Shown here: one piece after another, positions 58,570-64,000 of the stretch
Position numbering within the stretch: the stretch's first letter is position 1
Layout of the letters: each line of letters opens with the position of its first letter
Program-made: the position numbers and the translations under genes
The notes under the pieces: generated by a model
Database searches by the model: none
What the model saw: the letters and a program-made list of their open reading frames with translations, nothing else
Told to the model about the DNA's origin: nothing
DNA from: Chloropicon primus
Taxonomy: Eukaryota
Length of the DNA stretch: 64,000 bases
Assembly (NCBI GenBank): GCA_023205875.1
Contig: CP060756.1
Coordinates: forward strand, 434,001 to 498,000
Reading direction: 5' to 3'

Positions 58570-60243
58570 TTAGCGATGGCCAGGCTTCTTGCTGGCGGAG
58601 GGGATCCTCCCGTACTTTTTTCTCGTGGACGAGGCTGACACGGTGCTCGGGGGGTCCCACCGGGGCTCGGCGAGCTGGTCGAAGTTTGAGATCAGGGCGC
58701 CAGCCAGCCCCTTGAGGTCAAAGGGCACCTCCGTGACGTCGGAACAGAGGGGCACGCTGTCGATCAAAGCGCTGACCCTGGCCAGGCTCTCCTGCGGGGA
58801 GGAGTCGCCCACCTCGCCGCCGCGGTCATCGACCTCCTCCACCGCAGTCTCCACGGGAAGAAGCTCCTCCCCGGAAGCGATCCTTTTCAGGAGCATGTTC
58901 CTGCACGTGGCGTCCGGGGTGAGCAGGTAGGTCAGGGGCACGGCGGACGCCTTGGTCCTGTCGAAATCGAAGGCGCAGGAGACCAAGAGACACTCCTTCC
59001 TCTCCTTCAAGTCGGCGATCAGGTGATTCCAGACCGAGCGGGCCGCGGATTCCTGCATCATTTCGTTCGCGGACGCCAGGTAGGGCAGGCCGAACAGGAG
59101 CGCGTGGTTCACGGAAGACAGGCTCATCCTTGCCAGGACCCGGAACGCGATCTCCGCGGATCCCCCCCTCCTGCCGCCGCCAACTTCACCGGCGGGGCCC
59201 GGCCTGAGTTTCCAGCGCATGCTTCCCAGGCGAAACGCCTCGTTGCTCCTCGGGACGAACTGCCCGGTCACGGCGCACTTGACGAAAGTCCTCGAGTCCT
59301 GCCGGGACGATGAGGGGGAGGCGCCCTGGCTTGTGTACACGGCGCCAAGACCCCGATCGGGGCACGAGTCCAGGCCGAGGATGGTCGGGGAAAGGAGGCA
59401 GTGCAGAACCAAGGCCTCCTCCTCCTCCTCGGCGTCGCTCGGAAACCCGAAGGCCACCTCCACCGGCTGCCTACCCAGCATGAGCACCGCGCACTGGTAC
59501 GCGATGAAGAACTCCAGGTCGTCGCTCGAGAAGAGGTCGATGCTGTAGTAGGCCGCGGACTCGCAAGCGGCCACCAGGTGCTGCAAGGCCCCGCTCCCGC
59601 CGGAGGCCGGATCCCGCGACGACGCCCCTTCGAGGGCCCACGCGTTCTTGATCTCCACCAAGTCGATCTCTACGAACCGCGAGGACAGGTCGCCCAGCAC
59701 TGACTGGAAGGAGGACTCGCTGGACGCCAGACCTGCCTCCGAGGCCATCGCCACGATCTTCACCGACGTTGCCTCGCTCCCGATCGCTTGCGCTACGCCC
59801 GCGTCTCTCGTCGTCAAGGAAGTGAGCTGATCGACGAAGGAGCTCCCCCCCTCGAGCACGTCCCCTTTCTCGAAGGAGTATCCGTCCCACTTCTCCAGGA
59901 CTTGGCAGGCCCTCAGCAAGCTCTGCAGGCTGCAGTCTCGAGGGTCCGCAAGAGTCGTGCACGCCCCGCAGGAGGAGCTCCCCCCGAGCAAGTAAACACC
60001 CGTGGCGAGATCGCTCGTGTCCCGAGCCCCCGTGCCCTGCCGGGCGAGGTTCAGCTTGATCACGAGCCTCGCCAGCGCCTTTCCGATGCGCTGCACCACG
60101 ACGTCCTCCAGACCCGCGATGCAGAGGCAGATCAGGACGACCTTGGTTTGCCCCTTCGGTTTCGCTTCCATGGCTTCCGTAACGCCCGCGAGAAGATCGC
60201 AAGTGACGCGCGCCTTGTCGTTGAACTCGCTGCTGGACTTCAT
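58570..60243 (-). CDS. Uncharacterised protein, M1AP (meiosis 1 arrest protein)-like
   Basis: FRVLARMSLSSVNHALLFGLPY...YLLTP...MLLKRIASGEELLP resembles the M1AP C-terminal pattern, from memory. Confidence 0.5.
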   Translation of the reverse strand: MKSSSEFNDKARVTCDLLAGVTEAMEAKPKGQTKVVLICLCIAGLEDVVVQRIGKALARLVIKLNLARQGTGARDTSDLATGVYLLGGSSSCGACTTLADPRDCSLQSLLRACQVLEKWDGYSFEKGDVLEGGSSFVDQLTSLTTRDAGVAQAIGSEATSVKIVAMASEAGLASSESSFQSVLGDLSSRFVEIDLVEIKNAWALEGASSRDPASGGSGALQHLVAACESAAYYSIDLFSSDDLEFFIAYQCAVLMLGRQPVEVAFGFPSDAEEEEEALVLHCLLSPTILGLDSCPDRGLGAVYTSQGASPSSSRQDSRTFVKCAVTGQFVPRSNEAFRLGSMRWKLRPGPAGEVGGGRRGGSAEIAFRVLARMSLSSVNHALLFGLPYLASANEMMQESAARSVWNHLIADLKERKECLLVSCAFDFDRTKASAVPLTYLLTPDATCRNMLLKRIASGEELLPVETAVEEVDDRGGEVGDSSPQESLARVSALIDSVPLCSDVTEVPFDLKGLAGALISNFDQLAEPRWDPPSTVSASSTRKKYGRIPSASKKPGHR

Positions 60244-60531
60244 GATGACGATCTCGGAGAGGGACGATGCTTCTCTGCGCCCGACTCCCTCGCGGCCGCG
60301 CGCGCGCGCTCTCCTCTCCTCCCGGCCACACTCCGAAGGGGAAGAAGAAGAAAGTGATCGCGATCGCGATCGCCGAGGGGAGAGAGGAGGACGGCGATCG
60401 GAGGATGGCGTCGGGGGGAGGGGAGGGGGGCAGAGCCTAAGAATAAATAAATTAAGAAAAGGTCACATGCAACTGCTCTACTCCTTGTACGTACGTTTTG
60501 CTGGCCTCCTTCCGATCCGAACGGCGGTTTT

Positions 60532-61338
60532 TTACTCGCACTTCTGGAACAGGATGAACGGAACTCCGACGTTGATCATGAACGGGGTCGGGTTACCGAG
60601 AGCCAAGTCCCAGGACAGCATGTAGGGCAAGGCGTAGACCTGTCCCATCCAAATTCCGGGGGCGAGCTCCCTCATGTGGTCCTCGAAGCCTCCCATGTTC
60701 CTGATGTAACGCCCGGGCATCAGCCTGTCCATGACAAAGTTGTACACGGGCCCGATGATGGGAACCGTGGAGCCGACGCTGTAGTCGAGCTTCCAGGAGA
60801 CCCCGTCGACAGGGTCGTAGTCCGGGTAGAACTTCCCGGGGTAGGCGTTCGGGTCGTCGAGCAGGCCGAGCTGCACCAAGTTCGTGAACACCCCCGTGGT
60901 AGCGTTGTACCCCTTCCCCTGCCATCCGGGGAGCAGGCGGGCCTCCTGCGCGAACAGGTTGTTGCCCACGATGCACCCGACAAGCTTCCCGTTCGGCACA
61001 GTCGTCGACAGGGGCTGGCTCGCGCGGAACGGCATCTCCCACTGCTCCGCCGGGTTGCTCTGGTGGTAGTTGCAGAACTCCTCCATGGTCGGGTTCCTGT
61101 TTCCTGGAATCCTTGGCATCTTGGGCGTCACGCACGTCCCGTCCGGCCCCGTCTGGTCCGAGAGCTTGAACACGCAGTCCCCGCCCTCGCAAGCGAAGGC
61201 GTCCTTGGCCTGCTGCAGCTGCGCGTACAGGGGCGAGCTCTCGCTCAACACCCCCGGAGCGGATGCAGGAGAGGCGGAGGCGGCCAGCGAGCCGCACAGA
61301 GCCGCGAGGACGGAAAGAGTAATCAAGGAGGACTTCAT
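60532..61338 (-). CDS. Secreted Cys-containing protein of unknown function, paralog A
   Basis: Signal peptide MKSSLITLSVLAALCG; strongly similar to 61660-62493. Confidence 0.8.
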   Translation of the reverse strand: MKSSLITLSVLAALCGSLAASASPASAPGVLSESSPLYAQLQQAKDAFACEGGDCVFKLSDQTGPDGTCVTPKMPRIPGNRNPTMEEFCNYHQSNPAEQWEMPFRASQPLSTTVPNGKLVGCIVGNNLFAQEARLLPGWQGKGYNATTGVFTNLVQLGLLDDPNAYPGKFYPDYDPVDGVSWKLDYSVGSTVPIIGPVYNFVMDRLMPGRYIRNMGGFEDHMRELAPGIWMGQVYALPYMLSWDLALGNPTPFMINVGVPFILFQKCE

Positions 61339-61659
61339 TTCGGTGGGACGATCACGTTCGGAGAGGACTTTCTTCTTTTTTTCGTCGACAGCGCGCGACG
61401 CGAGTGCTGATGTTGTGCTCGGATCGAGCCCTCCGTCGCGATCGCGATGTCTCTCTCTCTCTCCCTCTCCAGGCGATGACTTCGATGAATCCTGATCCTG
61501 ATCTTGTTGAGAACGAAAATGGTTTTGAGTGGGGCCACGGCATGGACGGGGGGATTCAGAATTGGTGACGAGGCGTCGTTCGTTTTCGTTTTCGTTCGAC
61601 GGATCACAGAACGACTTTCGCGTTCCTGCTCTTCGATCAGACCCCCGCACGACGACGGC

Positions 61660-62493
61660 ATGATCGCCAGCAAGAAGTTTGCCGCTGTCCTGGCCGTCGT
61701 GGCCCTGGCGAATGCCGTGGAAGCGGCGAGGACCCTGACCCAGGAGATTCGGGAGACGAAGACGGGCTTGCTTTGGAAGGGATCCCCGCTCTTCGCGGCA
61801 TCGGATGCCGCAAAGGCGGGGTTCACTTGCGGGTACGAGGGGAGGGAGTGCAACTTCCAGTACTCTGACCAGACGGGCCCCGACGGGACTTGCGTGCCGG
61901 CCGCCGCCCCCTACATTCCAACCAACCCCAACCCCACCATGATGGAGTTTTGCGGCTACCACCAGGCGAACCCTCCGTACCACTGGGACGGGGTCTGGCA
62001 CAACACGACCCTCCTCTCGGAGTCCATTCCCAGCGGAGCCTTTTACGGGTGCATCGTCGGGAACAACTGGCAGTCCCAGGAAGCCCGCCGACTTCCGGGG
62101 TGGATGGGAAAAGCTTTCAACGCCAACACCGGAGGCTTCGCGAACTTGGTCGACGTTGGCTTTTACTCCGACAACACCGCGTACCCGGGCCGCTTCTACC
62201 CCACGTACAGCGTCGAGGGGGGGCTCTCGTGGACTTTGGACTATCAGGTGCAGACGGGCGTGCCCCTGATCGGAGGGGTGCTGGATTTTGCGATCAACCG
62301 ATTGTTGCCGGGGCAGTACATCAGGAACTTTGGGGGGTTCAAGGACGAGATCAAGGAAATCGCTCCGGGTGTCTGGCTAGGACGAGTTTACTCCTTGCCC
62401 ATGTCCCTCTCTTGGGATCTCTCCCTCGGAAACGTATCGCCTTTCACTGTCTACACCCAAGTGCCCTTCCTCTTGTTCCAAGCTTGCTTGTGA
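61660..62493 (+). CDS. Secreted Cys-containing protein of unknown function, paralog B
   Basis: Signal peptide. Shares SDQTGPDGTCV, NPTM.EFC.YHQ.NP, GCIVGNN, EAR.LPGW.GK, YPG.FYP, PG.YIRN.GGF and LSWDL.LGN with paralog A. Confidence 0.8.
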   Translation: MIASKKFAAVLAVVALANAVEAARTLTQEIRETKTGLLWKGSPLFAASDAAKAGFTCGYEGRECNFQYSDQTGPDGTCVPAAAPYIPTNPNPTMMEFCGYHQANPPYHWDGVWHNTTLLSESIPSGAFYGCIVGNNWQSQEARRLPGWMGKAFNANTGGFANLVDVGFYSDNTAYPGRFYPTYSVEGGLSWTLDYQVQTGVPLIGGVLDFAINRLLPGQYIRNFGGFKDEIKEIAPGVWLGRVYSLPMSLSWDLSLGNVSPFTVYTQVPFLLFQACL

Positions 62494-62723
62494 AAGACAT
62501 CGAAGGGGAAGGAGCCTGGAGCCTAAAAGAGAAACTTTATTTTACAATTCATTCTTATCTACGTGCAACGACGGAAGCGCTTCGTGTCTCGACTCCTGTC
62601 CTGTCGTCGTCAGTAACGCCCCAAAGTTTTCGTTTGGGCTTGGCCAGATTTTTTCTCCAACAGAGACGGAGGCGGGCGAGCAATTCTCGTTCGGGGTCAG
62701 GCAGGCAGACAGGCAGGCAGGCA

Positions 62724-64000
62724 ATGGTGTTGTCGCCGTCCCCGGCGGGACCGTCCCCGGCGCCTTTCGTGGTCGACGAAGGCGTCCGGAGCGCGATACA
62801 AAGGGCACAAGCTGCCGCTGCGGCGGGCGTTGGGTGGAAGGGACAGAGACTCTTCGATCAGCCCGCAGGAAGGCTGGAGGTGAAGCTGCTGCTGGAAACT
62901 GGACCCAAGCCGCAGAGGCGGCGGCGGCAATCGAGCGATGGGGAAGCGTCCTCCTCCGTGGGCCTGCCGGAATGCGAAGCGACGGTAGCGACGCTCCGGA
63001 TGCTGGCTGCGTACGATGGCACTGCCCTGACCATTTCCACGACGAAGGGATACGAGGAGCGTTTCGGTGACGGGAGGACGCGGACTGCGATGGCCGTGGT
63101 CAGGTGCCGAGGGAATCGCCGGGGATTGGCGAGGGACGGCACCCTGTACCTGAGCCCCCAGCTCGCGCACGACCTTGGCGTGCACCACGACTTGATATCG
63201 GAAGCTGTCCTCGGGAAGAGCGGCGACGACGATGATGATGAGGGTGCGGTCCAGGTGGACGTGAGGAAAGCCAAGGAAGGAGATCTGGTCGAGAGGGACG
63301 ACATGCAGATCACGGTCACAAAGGTAGCCATGCCAGAGACGAGGGACCTGATGGACTTCACGGCCCTGGACCAGGAGCTATCCTATCAGCACTCGGATAT
63401 CGAGCGAGCCTCTTTCAGTCTGCGAGAATTCTTCAACGCCAGAAGGCTCATAGAAGCGGGGCAGGTGCTTGCCATCCCCAGCAGAGCTGGTCCGGGTGCA
63501 GCTCTGAACGCCGTGGTCGGCGAAAGAAAAGGGGACGAGGACCACTTTTTTGTCAAAGTGGTGGACGTGAAGCCAAAGCAAGACAAGCCTGCAGTCATAT
63601 CGGCTTCAAACTCCAGGATCGTGCTCCAGGGCAGCACCTCGAGCGCGACCCCCCCCCGGCTCGAGCTGGATTTCGGTCTGCTCCCGAGGCTGTCATCCAA
63701 CGAGACAGCCAAGACTTTGCTGCCTTTGCTGCTCCCTTACTTCCACTGCAAGCTGCGCAGGTCTCCGCGGACGTCGATCATTCTCCACGGGCCTTCGGGG
63801 TGCAACAAAGCGGGCTGTGTCAGAGATGTCGCCTCCGCGCTCGGAGTGCACCTCATCAGCCTGAACACGTTTGACCTCATACAGTCGAGCGAGGAGAAGA
63901 CAGTTGAAGTTCTCAACGCAACGTTCGAGAAGTGCAAAGAATTCTCGCCCTGCGTCTTGCTTTTGAGGAAAGGCCACGCTTTCTCGCAGATTCCCCACCA
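62724..64000 (+). CDS. PEX6: Peroxisomal AAA ATPase PEX6-like, partial
   Basis: Translated by hand: LYLSPQLAHDLG, degenerate Walker A LHGPSGCNKA, VASALGVHLI, FSPCVLLLR. Open to the window end. Confidence 0.75.
   Translation, partial: MVLSPSPAGPSPAPFVVDEGVRSAIQRAQAAAAAGVGWKGQRLFDQPAGRLEVKLLLETGPKPQRRRRQSSDGEASSSVGLPECEATVATLRMLAAYDGTALTISTTKGYEERFGDGRTRTAMAVVRCRGNRRGLARDGTLYLSPQLAHDLGVHHDLISEAVLGKSGDDDDDEGAVQVDVRKAKEGDLVERDDMQITVTKVAMPETRDLMDFTALDQELSYQHSDIERASFSLREFFNARRLIEAGQVLAIPSRAGPGAALNAVVGERKGDEDHFFVKVVDVKPKQDKPAVISASNSRIVLQGSTSSATPPRLELDFGLLPRLSSNETAKTLLPLLLPYFHCKLRRSPRTSIILHGPSGCNKAGCVRDVASALGVHLISLNTFDLIQSSEEKTVEVLNATFEKCKEFSPCVLLLRKGHAFSQIPH

Overview
This is gene-dense, GC-rich eukaryotic nuclear DNA with few short GT-AG introns and (CT)n/(CA)n microsatellites, consistent with a compact green-algal genome (Chloropicon/prasinophyte-like; inference). 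It holds about 29 mostly housekeeping genes, including eIF2beta, cysteine synthase, COPB2, CNNM, PIG-M, two flotillins, PEPCK, TH1/NELF-C/D, ETFB, PDX1, TAF7, NIP7, ALG9, FPPS, SEN54, PGI and PEX6. The main discovery is an apparently intact Fanzor2 (eukaryotic TnpB-derived RNA-guided nuclease) gene at 47095-49266 (-). It is followed by a structured ~146-nt putative omegaRNA scaffold (46939-47084). A second, ORF-less ~94%-identical copy of this scaffold sits ~26 kb away (21267-21417), with the same 3' boundary but a different flanking guide, making it a candidate trans-acting guide locus. Other points of interest are a bacterial-type PEPCK (HGT candidate), a frameshifted giant coiled-coil gene, two divergent paralog pairs and a ~2.3-kb AT-rich island.
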